Origin: a virus
Taxonomy: Duplodnaviria > Caudoviricetes
Reading direction: 5' to 3' (one strand)
IMG/VR virus record: IMGVR_UViG_3300025132_000038
Location: 1 to 60,119 of that record
DNA: 60,119 nucleotides
The notes under the pieces: model-generated
Told to the model about the DNA's origin: nothing
Databases searched by the model: none
What the model saw: only the letters and a program-made list of their open reading frames with translations
In this document: piece by piece, positions 17,701 to 27,690 of the stretch
Layout of the letters: each line of letters starts with the position of its first letter
How positions within the stretch are numbered: the first letter of the stretch is position 1
Program-made: the position numbers and the translations under genes

Positions 17701-20700
17701 TAAGAGCTTGATTTCGGAAGGGTTCTTCTTATAATACCTCTTAATTGGTTTTGCAAGTTCTTTATATCCTTAACTGCTAGTTTTTTATTCTTTATAGTGT
17801 TTCTAATGTCACTTATTTCTTTTTGAATAGTTGGGTTTGTTCTTATTTCTAAACTCCTATCTAAAGCCACTTGCATAGCCATTTGGGTGTCCACATTTTG
17901 TTTTTGGAACAACTCACTCTCTTTTAATAATCTTTGAGCTTCTGCCCTAACATCAGAATAAGTTTTAACTCGTCTTGCTCTTTTTTTACCCTCAGGTGTA
18001 CTGTAAGCATAATCATTTAGTTTCTTTTTAATTTTACTAAACAACCTTAAACCTTCAATGGCACCCCCTTCTATGTTAGTAAACTCCGTTGGTAGTGTAA
18101 CATTTTCATCCATCTTTATTCTCATAGCCTCATTTATATCTGTAGCTTTAAATCCTCTTGATTGTAAAACACTTTTAATAGATGCGTCTGATATACCTTG
18201 TTGCCTTCCTTTGTTTACTATATCAATAATGGAATCTGTAGAACTAAACATTACCTCAGGATTCTTTAATTGTATAAGCTGCTTGTCGGTAAGTTTTATT
18301 TCTTTACCAGAAAATATATCGGCTAGTGCTGTTCCTAAAAACTTATCAAGCGTCATGTTTTCAATTTCACTTGTAGTTAAATCTTTAGACATTTTAAACT
18401 GCGTTTTAATGTACGTCCACATTCCCTGCAGCCAATTTTTAAATTTAGAAAGTAAACTAGCATCTGCTATATCCACCCCTTTATTTGCTATCATAATAGC
18501 CATAGTTTCATTAACAGCCTTAGTTGCGTCACCATTAAACTTTTTTAATTGTCTTTTATAAAGCGCTGTTTGCTGAACTAATTCTGCCCCTTTTCTATAA
18601 ATTTGCTGACCCTTTTCCGTTGTTTGTAAATAATTAGTCCAGACATGACCAAACTCATGAATTGATGTATCAAAAAGTTGAGATTGAGTATTGTGAACTT
18701 CAGGGTTTATCCATATATCCCCATCTACAGTTACACCATAATACACCTGCCCATCTTTAGTGTATTGCCTTACATCATCTCTACTAATTACATTATTAAA
18801 AGCTTCTTGGGTAGAGCTTATATTAACACTTGGGAATGACTTATTCATAAATGCCAAGAGTTGTGTATTATTATTAATAGGGTCTCCCTCTGTTACTAAA
18901 CCACTTATAATTCGGGATATTTCAGATGGAGTAAGAGCACCATAAGTCGCAAAAGCTTGATTTAAAGCATCCACCAACATTTTCTCATCTCTAAAACTAA
19001 ACTGAGTTTCACCCATAACCTTTCTTCCTCTTGAGATAGTACTTTCTTTTTTAGCAACAGTAGGTTTTCTTCTACTTGCTTTACCTTTTTCTTCTAAAGC
19101 GGACCATGCTCTTTCAGCTTTCTTAGAAGTATAATTTTTATCTGACTTCAACGGTTGATTATAAGTTTCTTGAACATAATCATTGGCGCTTTCATAAAGT
19201 TGTTGACCCAACCCTAAGCCTTGTAAGGCGGGGTGTATTTCAGAAATAGTAACTGTTCCATTTTCCTTACCCATTTGAGCACCCTCTCTACCTGCTATCA
19301 TTTCTAACCTTCCTAATAACTGACCGTCTGCGTGCAAAAACACCCTCGCTTTATTGGCAGGTACTTGAAAAAAAGACCTTTGTTCTGGAGTTAAATTCTT
19401 TCCATCTATCACCGCGTAACTTACCTCAACGTCTCCATTTTTTATTCGAGTTATTAATTGCTCATCTATTTCAAACATACCCTTACCTTGGTCTCTAGTA
19501 TCCACATTAACTGTAGAAATACTTTCTGTAAACATCATGCCTCTTGCTCCCCTTCCTCCACCATCTACTATCTTGTTAACCAAATTAACAAAAGCGTTTG
19601 TTATACCACCTTCCACGGGAGCTCGTTTAATTTTGTTTTGTTGATTTTTAGATGCGCTTTTGAAATTTACAAAATCTATATCATTATCTATCTTCCCCTC
19701 GGTTTTAAAGTCTACTTTACTTTTAGTGTCCTCTTTTAAAGTAGCCTCTAAATCTATTGCACCCTGCATATCTGATTCAATTTCCGCTATACGCTCCGTA
19801 TTCTCTTTAAAAAGTTGCTGCTGAAAGGGTGTTAGTTTTCTATTATTCATATTTTTAGAAGCAACCTCAGCTAACAACCCATCTAATCTTTGTTGGTCTA
19901 GGTCGTTATTAGTATATTTTATCTTATCATTACGTGTGGCTTTGATAGGAGTAGGTATACTAGGTATCTCGGTTTCTACCCCAATCGTTTCCTCTTGGAC
20001 CGGAGTAGTTTGGCTTTTAGTGGTAGTTTCTTGTTGGGTGTCTCCTTTTCCCACTGTTGCGCCATCTGCGGTTTGTTTTTCCACATCCAGGCTCTTTGTT
20101 TTTGACTCTTGAATGGCATTTATTTTATCATTTAAAAGGGTTAATACTTTATCATCATTTCTTACATTTATATCTAACTCCTCTACTTCTACACTACTTA
20201 GTCTAGCTAATCTTCTCATAAAGGATTTTTTACTATACTTTTTTCCATCTATAGTATAGGAAGATTTTTTCATACCAGGGGCTTTCACGTCGATTAAAGC
20301 ATCCACATTTATTCCACCTTCAACTATTTCACCTGTACGGACCATTTCAGAAAGCTCGGCGTCTATCTCACTAATAGTTTTAGAGTTTATTTGTTTTAGG
20401 TTTGGAGTTCTACTTAAATCTTTTTTAGCACTTAACAGCTCCATCGCTCTAGCTATTTTTTTGTTAGAAGCATTTTTACCTAAAAGTTCTTTAGCGTTTC
20501 TACGGTTTCCTACGTTTTCTTGAATTTGTTGATTTTGTTCATCACTAATCTTATTTAGATTATTCATGTTAGTTGACCATTGAGATATTCTTGAGTCACT
20601 AACATTTTCATTAGCCATATAATTAAAATCTAATAAGTTGTTCGCAATATCAGTATTACTGTTATTAACTTTGTCCATAAACATATTTACGGCCATATGA

Positions 20701-23387
20701 GAAGTGTTGTTACCCAAACCTCCCCATGATTCTAATAATATTTCTTTACTATTTATTTCTTGTCCTGCTGTTACTTGAGCTAAATACTCACCAAAACCTT
20801 CTGCTCCCGGGTCAAAAATTATTCTTTCTCCGGTCATAGCTAACATTTTTGTTGGCGTACTAGCTGTTTTACCCACTTTAAACACCCTTCCTGCTAATCC
20901 TGCAGAGAAAAAGTCTACTAGTGCTATTGGAATACCTCTTTTTAGACCCATTTCTCTACCTTGTGCCCACACTTCTTCGTCTGCAAAAGCTTTGGCAACG
21001 TCATCAGGGTTTGTTAAATCATATCCCGCCTCACCCATAGATTCCATTATTGAGTTGGTGTATTCTAAAACAAAACCACTTAAAGCAAATCCTGTTCTAA
21101 AACCCCAAAGTCCTCCGGTTATTGCTGCGGCAGGAACAGTTACAGCTTCTTCAGGCGTTCCGGCTTGAGGCCCCATTTGTCCCGCTGCTAAAGCGAGACC
21201 CGCCCCTGTACCCGCTCCTACAGCGGTAGTGGTAGGAATAATCACCAAACCATATGGGAGCATTTGGGTAAGACTCTCACTCATTAAGCCTAAACCATTA
21301 ACTAATAACAAATCAACCCTCATACCGCTTTCTCCTAATAAATATTTTTTAGATTCACCCCACCCTTCGGCACGCTGAAATCTATACATAAGTTTGGATT
21401 GACGGGGGTCTACATTAGATAAATATTCAGCGACCCTTGCTTGTAATTCTTTATCATTAGGGTCTTTCATTCCCAACTCCATTTGTATTATAAGTTTACC
21501 CGCCTGTCCTCTATTCCACGCGTTCTTTAAAGCTATCGTCCAACCTTTCATCCCTTCTACATATTCCTGTGTTATATTTTTATCATTCTTTCTATCATAA
21601 AAAGTTTTAGAGTTTTGATATTTATATGCAGCAAATTGTTGAGTTAATTCACCCACATCTCTTGAGGCAATAAGTTCTTGTTTAAGTTTTTGTTCTTTTT
21701 CGGTTTTAGGAACAACATATTCTAAGTCAGTCAAAGGAACGCCAAAGTTTTTTAATGACATAACATTCATTTCGTCTACGTATTGAAGTGCTTGTTCATT
21801 TAGTTTTGCTGCCTCTTTCGCTTTATACTCAAAGTTACGATGCAGTTTTAAATCTAACTCATCTCTTAAATCTTCGGCCTCATCACTCATGGCCGACTGC
21901 TGAAGAATACTATATTGTTCTTCTAATGCTTCTAGCTTTTCTTCCCAATCAGAGTATAAACTATTCTTACCGTCCGTTCCTATCCTAACATATTCAGGGA
22001 ATTTTATAGCTAAATCAGTAGGTATATTTCTAGTATTTTTACCATATTTAGGCATATACTCCTCTATAAAAGCTATGTCCTCTTTTACCTTTTCATAATT
22101 CTCAAACATTTCTTGTTCTGCAAAATAATCTTTACCATGTTCTCGGTAGAATTCTTGACCAAAGATTTCAGGGGAGCTAACGTTTTTCCAGGCCCCGTTT
22201 GCAAATTTTTCCGCTTCTTCCTCTGTGTCAAAGTAATAAACCTCTCCTCTTGTTCTAGCAAACTCTAAAGCATCTTCCCACTCGTCTGAACCAAACTCAG
22301 TCCACCTTTCAGGCCATGCACTCTGTATATCAGGATTAGTAGGGAAAAGGGTAGGAAAAGCCACAAATTTACCATCTTCTTCAGCATACGACATTAGGTG
22401 GGTTGATACACTCCCATCTCCGTTGTGCCTTCCTATCTCTCTACTTTGTTGTGCTTGAATGGATTGAGAGATAAAATCTGAAGGTCTCTCTGTTCTAGTT
22501 TCGGGTGACGTGGAATGTTTAATAATAAAGTCTTGTAACTTTTTACTTAGAGCAGGGTCACTATCATCTACCTCAATCTCAATAGAATGTAAACCATCTA
22601 ACGTCCTTACGTGTACTTTATCGCCCCACCCCATAGTTGAAAAACTAAAACCGTATTTTGAAAATTTTTCAGTTAAGTAATTAACGACATCATCTTCTTT
22701 TTGTTTGGTTAATTCAGGGTCTATAGTAACTATATCCTCTTGAAATTCTATATTATTATTTATTAAATCATTATAAGCGTTTTGTCGTTGTAGTTTTTCA
22801 GCCTCTACACGTTGTTGTTTTTGTAGCTCTATTTTATCCGCCTGCTCTCTTTTTGCTCTTTCTTCAGGTGTATTCCATTTTTCAGCCGCTTCTAGTTTTT
22901 TTTGTTGTTTTTCTTGCTGTTCTTGAAAATCATCAAAACGTTTTACAGGCATATTTAGTGCATCCGTCCCTCTCTGAGTCGCGTCCATGGGTGCGGCATC
23001 AGGGTTTATATTGTCCTGTGATTGATTTTTAACATCCTCAAAAGTAAAGTTAGGGTTCGAGTTCGAGTCTTTGTTTTGTAGTGCTTTTAGTTTATCTACA
23101 AATTCAGACTGACTAATCGGCTGAAATTCCGATGAACCATCTTCCGAAGGAGAATCCGTAACGCTGACGTCTGGGTTTTTTTTTTCAGGTAAGGTTTCAA
23201 CACCCATTAACTTAGCAAAGTCTTCCATTTCCTTAGTGTACCCATTATCTTTAGCGTTTTCAAACATAGTTCTTAACGCATCAAAATCTTCTCCCATTAA
23301 CTTTAGAAAATCAGACTTACTCTTACGGTAACCTTCATCTATGGCTACCTTATACATTATATCTACTGCTTCTTCATTCATAGGCAT
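14781..23387 (-). CDS. Giant virion/ejection polyvalent protein with GNAT-like and zincin (HExxH) domains
   Basis: 2868 aa at the end of the ejection module; LQGLGLGQQLY...SD...AW..L (GNAT); IWINP...HEFGHVW; hydrophobic Gly/Ala segments. Confidence 0.75.
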   Translation of the reverse strand: MPMNEEAVDIMYKVAIDEGYRKSKSDFLKLMGEDFDALRTMFENAKDNGYTKEMEDFAKLMGVETLPEKKNPDVSVTDSPSEDGSSEFQPISQSEFVDKLKALQNKDSNSNPNFTFEDVKNQSQDNINPDAAPMDATQRGTDALNMPVKRFDDFQEQQEKQQKKLEAAEKWNTPEERAKREQADKIELQKQQRVEAEKLQRQNAYNDLINNNIEFQEDIVTIDPELTKQKEDDVVNYLTEKFSKYGFSFSTMGWGDKVHVRTLDGLHSIEIEVDDSDPALSKKLQDFIIKHSTSPETRTERPSDFISQSIQAQQSREIGRHNGDGSVSTHLMSYAEEDGKFVAFPTLFPTNPDIQSAWPERWTEFGSDEWEDALEFARTRGEVYYFDTEEEAEKFANGAWKNVSSPEIFGQEFYREHGKDYFAEQEMFENYEKVKEDIAFIEEYMPKYGKNTRNIPTDLAIKFPEYVRIGTDGKNSLYSDWEEKLEALEEQYSILQQSAMSDEAEDLRDELDLKLHRNFEYKAKEAAKLNEQALQYVDEMNVMSLKNFGVPLTDLEYVVPKTEKEQKLKQELIASRDVGELTQQFAAYKYQNSKTFYDRKNDKNITQEYVEGMKGWTIALKNAWNRGQAGKLIIQMELGMKDPNDKELQARVAEYLSNVDPRQSKLMYRFQRAEGWGESKKYLLGESGMRVDLLLVNGLGLMSESLTQMLPYGLVIIPTTTAVGAGTGAGLALAAGQMGPQAGTPEEAVTVPAAAITGGLWGFRTGFALSGFVLEYTNSIMESMGEAGYDLTNPDDVAKAFADEEVWAQGREMGLKRGIPIALVDFFSAGLAGRVFKVGKTASTPTKMLAMTGERIIFDPGAEGFGEYLAQVTAGQEINSKEILLESWGGLGNNTSHMAVNMFMDKVNNSNTDIANNLLDFNYMANENVSDSRISQWSTNMNNLNKISDEQNQQIQENVGNRRNAKELLGKNASNKKIARAMELLSAKKDLSRTPNLKQINSKTISEIDAELSEMVRTGEIVEGGINVDALIDVKAPGMKKSSYTIDGKKYSKKSFMRRLARLSSVEVEELDINVRNDDKVLTLLNDKINAIQESKTKSLDVEKQTADGATVGKGDTQQETTTKSQTTPVQEETIGVETEIPSIPTPIKATRNDKIKYTNNDLDQQRLDGLLAEVASKNMNNRKLTPFQQQLFKENTERIAEIESDMQGAIDLEATLKEDTKSKVDFKTEGKIDNDIDFVNFKSASKNQQNKIKRAPVEGGITNAFVNLVNKIVDGGGRGARGMMFTESISTVNVDTRDQGKGMFEIDEQLITRIKNGDVEVSYAVIDGKNLTPEQRSFFQVPANKARVFLHADGQLLGRLEMIAGREGAQMGKENGTVTISEIHPALQGLGLGQQLYESANDYVQETYNQPLKSDKNYTSKKAERAWSALEEKGKASRRKPTVAKKESTISRGRKVMGETQFSFRDEKMLVDALNQAFATYGALTPSEISRIISGLVTEGDPINNNTQLLAFMNKSFPSVNISSTQEAFNNVISRDDVRQYTKDGQVYYGVTVDGDIWINPEVHNTQSQLFDTSIHEFGHVWTNYLQTTEKGQQIYRKGAELVQQTALYKRQLKKFNGDATKAVNETMAIMIANKGVDIADASLLSKFKNWLQGMWTYIKTQFKMSKDLTTSEIENMTLDKFLGTALADIFSGKEIKLTDKQLIQLKNPEVMFSSTDSIIDIVNKGRQQGISDASIKSVLQSRGFKATDINEAMRIKMDENVTLPTEFTNIEGGAIEGLRLFSKIKKKLNDYAYSTPEGKKRARRVKTYSDVRAEAQRLLKESELFQKQNVDTQMAMQVALDRSLEIRTNPTIQKEISDIRNTIKNKKLAVKDIKNLQNQLRGIIRRTLPKSSSYSQTQINSLLKRITDLTAENYIAKTEEVVKIIDKQKTKIKNELIQKIEKLVRKKAAATVTKGGRKVTKGLDALGREFFKEVKKVLKVALIQNDDTRNAEIQKLKEDISAENILKQLQITEAELITKALNNPEALTDNEQSMLNKLKAFDTVGDVMTASMEEVQAKLKILEEARAESIGRLQLKRLERAAKQEKLSEQATKQIEETYPELFTTDKDGNKIPKNKNQLRQDKLSIRAMFKKGKLLKGLKSYVKNLKFDSIIGIRSFFKEHLSHLGTLTQLLDRGLQNKNFFNNNIYKPLRRMHRNQMLGIEKVNKKFNEIANSIPGVTKGYKQIRKQLYIGLVDLKIKGKTERYSGDQLLRIYSLSKNETQRAKLEKQGFTPEKIDEIKKILGPQPIEFADKVVEYLSNEYFPTINEVYKESNDVNLDYVENYFPTQTISRQKATEKLLIEGNFGSIFSDETHSALKERADVTGDVNLDPGFLDTLTNHIDSMEHYKAYALGVKNLTAIVNTPSVKVLLEASGLDRAVKRAINFAVNPDSLNDSQQGFIEKIMTKFTSYALAFRLMQIPKQASSFINAFEDYKFMRSRAPKDQQSRLTKIKDVAATPVELLAFMADVGYVMLTLPKQLQKAYKLSPVFRDRVKKGLEGDLYGLVSGSPTDRTVSQKETRMGNFLRAFKFAMSSPTVLGDVMGVMGYMANYNADIRAGVDPDVALENFESYELTQQTRGRTEKIPLQMSTDFKNRFFTMFGSTLFLQMNKVYMGMTNIMRATSKGSVDSDAIRAVVLNLGVANVLFIAMANMFKYFKGEDEDKEDVLKQMKRSMYGMNLITQVPFIGGSLEYAILKMAGENPRQIEEGVNPFNRVTTEMVRYLADEDLSTLQKGAKTIESLAELYVGFQFDPFFELSVEGDGVGIDAPIKTLIEQGDISEEAFYDVIGVSPSYRPNSVRKNKKSKKKNTTRKRSPGHQRRIDNRKK

Positions 23388-23390
23388 AAA

Positions 23391-25556
23391 TTAAAAGTCT
23401 GACATACTATCTCCTGTTCCTGGATTACTTGAGTTACTTTTACTTGGTCTAAAACTATCAGGTTGTACTACTCCGTCACCACCGCTCCACTGTGCAGGGT
23501 CATCAATAATACCTAAGTGCATATAGAAATCTGCGTTATTAAGAGCATCAAAATCATAGGTGTAACCACTTGACCCACCTGCATAATCTTCAATTAACTG
23601 CTTATAATCAATAGGTCTAATCTTTTTTCCGGTTTCACCTGCTCTATATATATCTTTAACTATTTGGTTGTATACAGCCACCATTTTCTCTCCCGTCTCG
23701 GCATCGTTAGCATAAGAAGGTATAGTAAGAGGTGCTGTCATTAATTCAGGATAGAATATAGTAATAGAAGCTCCTTTATCATACTGTCCGGATTCTCCAT
23801 CTATAGTAATATACTGACCATCTTTGTTTTGGTAAGTTATTACGGAAGTATTTGGTTGTAGATACGAACCATTAGTTAACTGTCCCGGTAATAATGAAAG
23901 AATTTTGTCAGCTTGAGTTTCCATTGCAACAGCGTGGTTTCTTCCTTTCCACCCACTTAAAGATGTTTTTTCACCTTTTTTCCATACTATTTCTACATCA
24001 GAAGGTTTATATACTTCCCCATCTTCTCCATCACCCGTAACAACATCATACGCTTCTACCGCCTCTTTATAATCTACATCAAACTCACCCACACCCGTAC
24101 CTTTTACCATGTCATCGGTTATACCTGTATTAGAAAGAGCTTTTTGTAAATCTTGTAATTCCATACCCGGGCCGCTTACGTGAGGAATAAGAGCTTCTAG
24201 GAAATTGGTAGGGTCCTGACCTCTTGGTATCTCTACTGTTGTAGTACCCGTTATCCTACCATCCTTATCTCTTATCGCCTTTTCAATATAAACTGTGTCG
24301 TTCGTTCCTACAAACGCACTCACTATATTCGGGTTAAGACCGGATAAACTAGCTAGAGTTGCATTAACGTCCTCATCATTACCTGTCCATATTTTAGATA
24401 CATTAGTTATAAAGTCTTTTGCTGATGTATCAGTATCCCCTCGGTCTGTTTTCCATTTTTGTTCTTGTCCTGCAGGTTTTTCTATATGGTCTAACTGTCC
24501 CTCTATTTGAGTCATAAACATGTCGTAAGCCGCTTTCTCTTGTAGCTTTCCGTTTTCAGTAGACAAATCAGGAACTAGTAAACCGCTGTTTGGTCTTTCA
24601 GGGTCGTTAATCATTAGAATTGCATTAGGGTCATTAGCCGCAATCTCAGGGTCTTGTTCAAATCTATAAGGTTCTCCTGTGTGTGGATTTATTTTTAAAT
24701 AATCCATTAACATACTGCCTATGTCTACAGGATTAGTCATTCTACTATTTATCCAATTCTTAATAGCATCATCAAACATAGGGTTTTGCCTTGCGTCTTC
24801 AATTGTAACTCCAGGGTTACTCCCTGAGAACTCTGTCCATAGAGTAGATAATTGATTTTCTATTTGGTCTAAATTACCTTCTAAATCGTACTTATTTATT
24901 TTTTGTTTAACTCTGTTTCGTAATTGTTGAACCTCAGCAAAGTCGTTTTGATTTTTACTTATACCTCCTGTATAATCACCATTCGCATCCACTTCTCTTT
25001 TACCTAAAGTAACTCTAAAATTAGTAGGGTTAATAAATAAAGCGTGATTTTCTAATTTACCCAAAGCTTCAGCTTGCATCATTTGCCATTGCTCTTGAGC
25101 GGCAGAGCAATCAATTCCTGTGTCCCCACCACAATTTTGCATACGCTCCATAGCTATATCATACTCTTTATTCCAATCATCCATAATGTCAAACGTTTGA
25201 GTTGTTCCATCTTTTAAGTTTTGAACAGCCACGGTATAGTCTTTTAATGATATATTACCCGTTTTAAGTTCTCTATCAAGCATTAACATTGCTTGTTGAG
25301 CGTTAGAAGCATATTCTAGTAAAGCGTCATTTCTACCTTTATGATTCCCCAAAGGGGCGTTGTTTAAGGTAGTTGCAATTTCTTTGGAATTTTTTTCTAT
25401 TTCATCTCTCTTGGCTTGCTTTTCAGCATCAACAGCCTCCATTGTTTCAGTTAATTGGGTGCTTATAGCACTCCAATCTAAAGTCTCTAAAGCCTTACCT
25501 CTTGCGTAACCCGTAGGAACGCCTCCTGTTGATACGTCAATTTTTCTTACAGCCAT
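23391..25556 (-). CDS. Putative internal virion/ejection protein
   Basis: 721 aa, helical N-terminus (LDWSAIS..L); position in the module. Confidence 0.6.
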   Translation of the reverse strand: MAVRKIDVSTGGVPTGYARGKALETLDWSAISTQLTETMEAVDAEKQAKRDEIEKNSKEIATTLNNAPLGNHKGRNDALLEYASNAQQAMLMLDRELKTGNISLKDYTVAVQNLKDGTTQTFDIMDDWNKEYDIAMERMQNCGGDTGIDCSAAQEQWQMMQAEALGKLENHALFINPTNFRVTLGKREVDANGDYTGGISKNQNDFAEVQQLRNRVKQKINKYDLEGNLDQIENQLSTLWTEFSGSNPGVTIEDARQNPMFDDAIKNWINSRMTNPVDIGSMLMDYLKINPHTGEPYRFEQDPEIAANDPNAILMINDPERPNSGLLVPDLSTENGKLQEKAAYDMFMTQIEGQLDHIEKPAGQEQKWKTDRGDTDTSAKDFITNVSKIWTGNDEDVNATLASLSGLNPNIVSAFVGTNDTVYIEKAIRDKDGRITGTTTVEIPRGQDPTNFLEALIPHVSGPGMELQDLQKALSNTGITDDMVKGTGVGEFDVDYKEAVEAYDVVTGDGEDGEVYKPSDVEIVWKKGEKTSLSGWKGRNHAVAMETQADKILSLLPGQLTNGSYLQPNTSVITYQNKDGQYITIDGESGQYDKGASITIFYPELMTAPLTIPSYANDAETGEKMVAVYNQIVKDIYRAGETGKKIRPIDYKQLIEDYAGGSSGYTYDFDALNNADFYMHLGIIDDPAQWSGGDGVVQPDSFRPSKSNSSNPGTGDSMSDF

Positions 25557-25559
25557 AGT

Positions 25560-26336
25560 TTAATAATTTAAAGGTGAGTTATAATTTGCATAAGGACTGT
25601 AGTTTCCAAATGAGGTTGCAGGATTGTTAGATAACTGCGTGTTTTGGTTCATCGACGGAGTTGTAAGGTTGTTTTGTAAATTTAATCCTTGAAAATTATA
25701 ATTATTACTTGCATTAGGAGGGTTATTTCCCATATAGTTTCCTTGAAAATTTAAAGCACTCAAATCTGTACCCGCCCCTTGTTCTTTATTGAATAAAGGC
25801 GTGAACTCAGTAGCCGCCATACCACCTAGTTGTATAGTACTCTGTATCCCTTGATTTATCATTTTAGCACGAGTAGCTTGAGCATCTGCCGCCCTCTCTA
25901 CATTTCCTTGATATTGACCTAAATCTAATTGTACTTTAGCATCTCTTAAAGCTGCTTCTTCTTCAACGCTAGCTTTTTCTAAATCTTGCATAGCACCAAT
26001 TTGAGCAGATTGAATCTTTTCTTCTTGTGCTTGAGAGGCTTGCAGAACTTTTCCTGCCGTAGCGGCACCCCCTCTCTCATCACCTTCTACTCCCGCTTGC
26101 AGTTGTGCAGCAGATTGTATTTGGTTTTGCTCTCTTGCTTTTGCGTAAGGTTCCATGGACAAACTTAATTGGTCCATGTAATTGGTTTCAAGTTTACCAC
26201 GTGCGTCTTTCATAAATTTAGCCGCATCTCGCTCCGCTTTTGCTTGTATTTTTTTCTGCTTATTAGCTTGAATAAAACTACTTCCCGCACTTACAGCCGC
26301 TCCCGCCGCCATTACTATTGTTGTTGCTGCTGCCAT
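25560..26336 (-). CDS. Putative ejection/pilot protein
   Basis: Hydrophobic Ala/Gly N-terminus then Q/A coiled coil, typical of podovirus ejection proteins. Confidence 0.65.
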   Translation of the reverse strand: MAAATTIVMAAGAAVSAGSSFIQANKQKKIQAKAERDAAKFMKDARGKLETNYMDQLSLSMEPYAKAREQNQIQSAAQLQAGVEGDERGGAATAGKVLQASQAQEEKIQSAQIGAMQDLEKASVEEEAALRDAKVQLDLGQYQGNVERAADAQATRAKMINQGIQSTIQLGGMAATEFTPLFNKEQGAGTDLSALNFQGNYMGNNPPNASNNYNFQGLNLQNNLTTPSMNQNTQLSNNPATSFGNYSPYANYNSPLNY

Positions 26337-26337
26337 A

Positions 26338-26751
26338 TTACAAATTTATTTTTATCATTTCTTGAGTATATTGGTCTCCTGCTTTATACCCTAACCTCTC
26401 ATAGGTTTTTATTAAATTTTTATGTCTTAGGAGGGCGTAATTATATTTATTATCTTGTTTTTTACAAATCTCTCCTAGAGTTAAAATTAAAAGCTCTAAA
26501 GCTTCTTGTCTAAGCATAGGGTTGATGTATTCTTTATTAGAGATTATCCAATCTACCCATCCTACCTTTGAGTTAGTATTATACACAAAGCCTGCACATA
26601 CAGGAACTTTACCATGCCATACCATCAAACCTCCCGTGCCATCTTCAGGTAAAAAATCTCTCTGAGGAGGGGTCCATTCCCATTGTTTCCACCACGGGAC
26701 TAAAATATTATCATAGTCTTCGTGTCGTATTGGTGTTAAATTAAATTCCAT
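26338..26751 (-). CDS. GNAT-fold protein
   Basis: PVCAGFVY...WVDWIISN...LIKTYERLGY; sits between tail and ejection genes as in podoviruses. Confidence 0.65.
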   Translation of the reverse strand: MEFNLTPIRHEDYDNILVPWWKQWEWTPPQRDFLPEDGTGGLMVWHGKVPVCAGFVYNTNSKVGWVDWIISNKEYINPMLRQEALELLILTLGEICKKQDNKYNYALLRHKNLIKTYERLGYKAGDQYTQEMIKINL

Positions 26752-26758
26752 TTCAATA

Positions 26759-26766
26759 CAAAGATA
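26759..26766 (-). promoter_or_regulatory. Bacteroidota -7 element TATCTTTG
   Basis: 7 nt upstream of ATG 26751. Confidence 0.55.
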
Positions 26767-26790
26767 GTAAAAAATAAAGATTAGTTTTTA

Positions 26791-27687
26791 TTATGGGTTA
26801 CTTTTCATAACCTCAGAACCAACGGAATATAACTCTATAGCACTTGGTGAGACTACACTTAGTGTTATATCTGCATAATCTCCTAATAAACCATAGTTTT
26901 CCGCTTGTTGTCTTTTTATAAGAGTAAGTAGTTGATTGCCCCCTCCATCACCGGGAGGAAATACCCCGGGGTTAATATCCACCTCTACCATAGGTCTTCC
27001 TACATAAAGGGATGGAGTAACGGTATCAGTATTTATACCAATAGCCGTGCAACTTCCTATCCACCAACTTAAACCCAAGTCACCTGCCACTAGAGTTGAA
27101 TCTATCATAAAATCTCCCACTGCTAACATAGGAGGTATTTTAAACCCTAGTGGAAAGTTTATTCTATAAACAGTACCTCCTACCGCTTCTACTTCAGCGG
27201 AATCAAATTGACCCACCCCAATCACACTCCTTTGCTCATGCACTGTAGGCCCTGTTAATAAAGCTAAAGGTTGCTTAGTTATATCCGCTTGACTTACTTC
27301 AGGGTTTATAATATAACTAAACATATGTCCTTCTTTAGCTGTATAAGCATCATTTGCAGGGGCATTAACAAAATTAGTAGTATGACCTGTAACTTGGAGA
27401 TTAGAGACAATAGTTGTTCCCCAACCTGCCCCAGGTGTCCCTACTAAAACTATACTTTTAAACACTTTTGTTTCAAGAGACGATTCATTTAAACACGTTT
27501 TAACACTACTAGCATATTGGTCACCATAAAAATTAGAACGCGAATCGTTAACATTATGTCTCCATATATCCCCTTTATTAAAGGTGTATAGATAATTATT
27601 ACTACCTTGTATCCATTCAGGAATATAGCTATAAAAAGATGGCCATCCCTGAACTCCTGTGCTATATGTTAATGTGTATTGTGCCAT
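26791..27687 (-). CDS. Tail protein resembling the C-terminal part of crAss-like tail stabilisation (muzzle) proteins
   Basis: TLTYS...GWPSFYSY.PEW...LYTF..G.IW.HN...NFYG; KVFKSI; KEG..F. Confidence 0.65.
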   Translation of the reverse strand: MAQYTLTYSTGVQGWPSFYSYIPEWIQGSNNYLYTFNKGDIWRHNVNDSRSNFYGDQYASSVKTCLNESSLETKVFKSIVLVGTPGAGWGTTIVSNLQVTGHTTNFVNAPANDAYTAKEGHMFSYIINPEVSQADITKQPLALLTGPTVHEQRSVIGVGQFDSAEVEAVGGTVYRINFPLGFKIPPMLAVGDFMIDSTLVAGDLGLSWWIGSCTAIGINTDTVTPSLYVGRPMVEVDINPGVFPPGDGGGNQLLTLIKRQQAENYGLLGDYADITLSVVSPSAIELYSVGSEVMKSNP

Positions 27688-27690
27688 ATT

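Noticed and set aside
14781-23387. Virion RNA polymerase as in crAss-like phages (DNDID resembles DxDxD)
   Set aside because: The motif sits next to a low-complexity linker without the G.DFD.D context, and no other RNAP motifs were recognised; a structural search would be needed to exclude it fully
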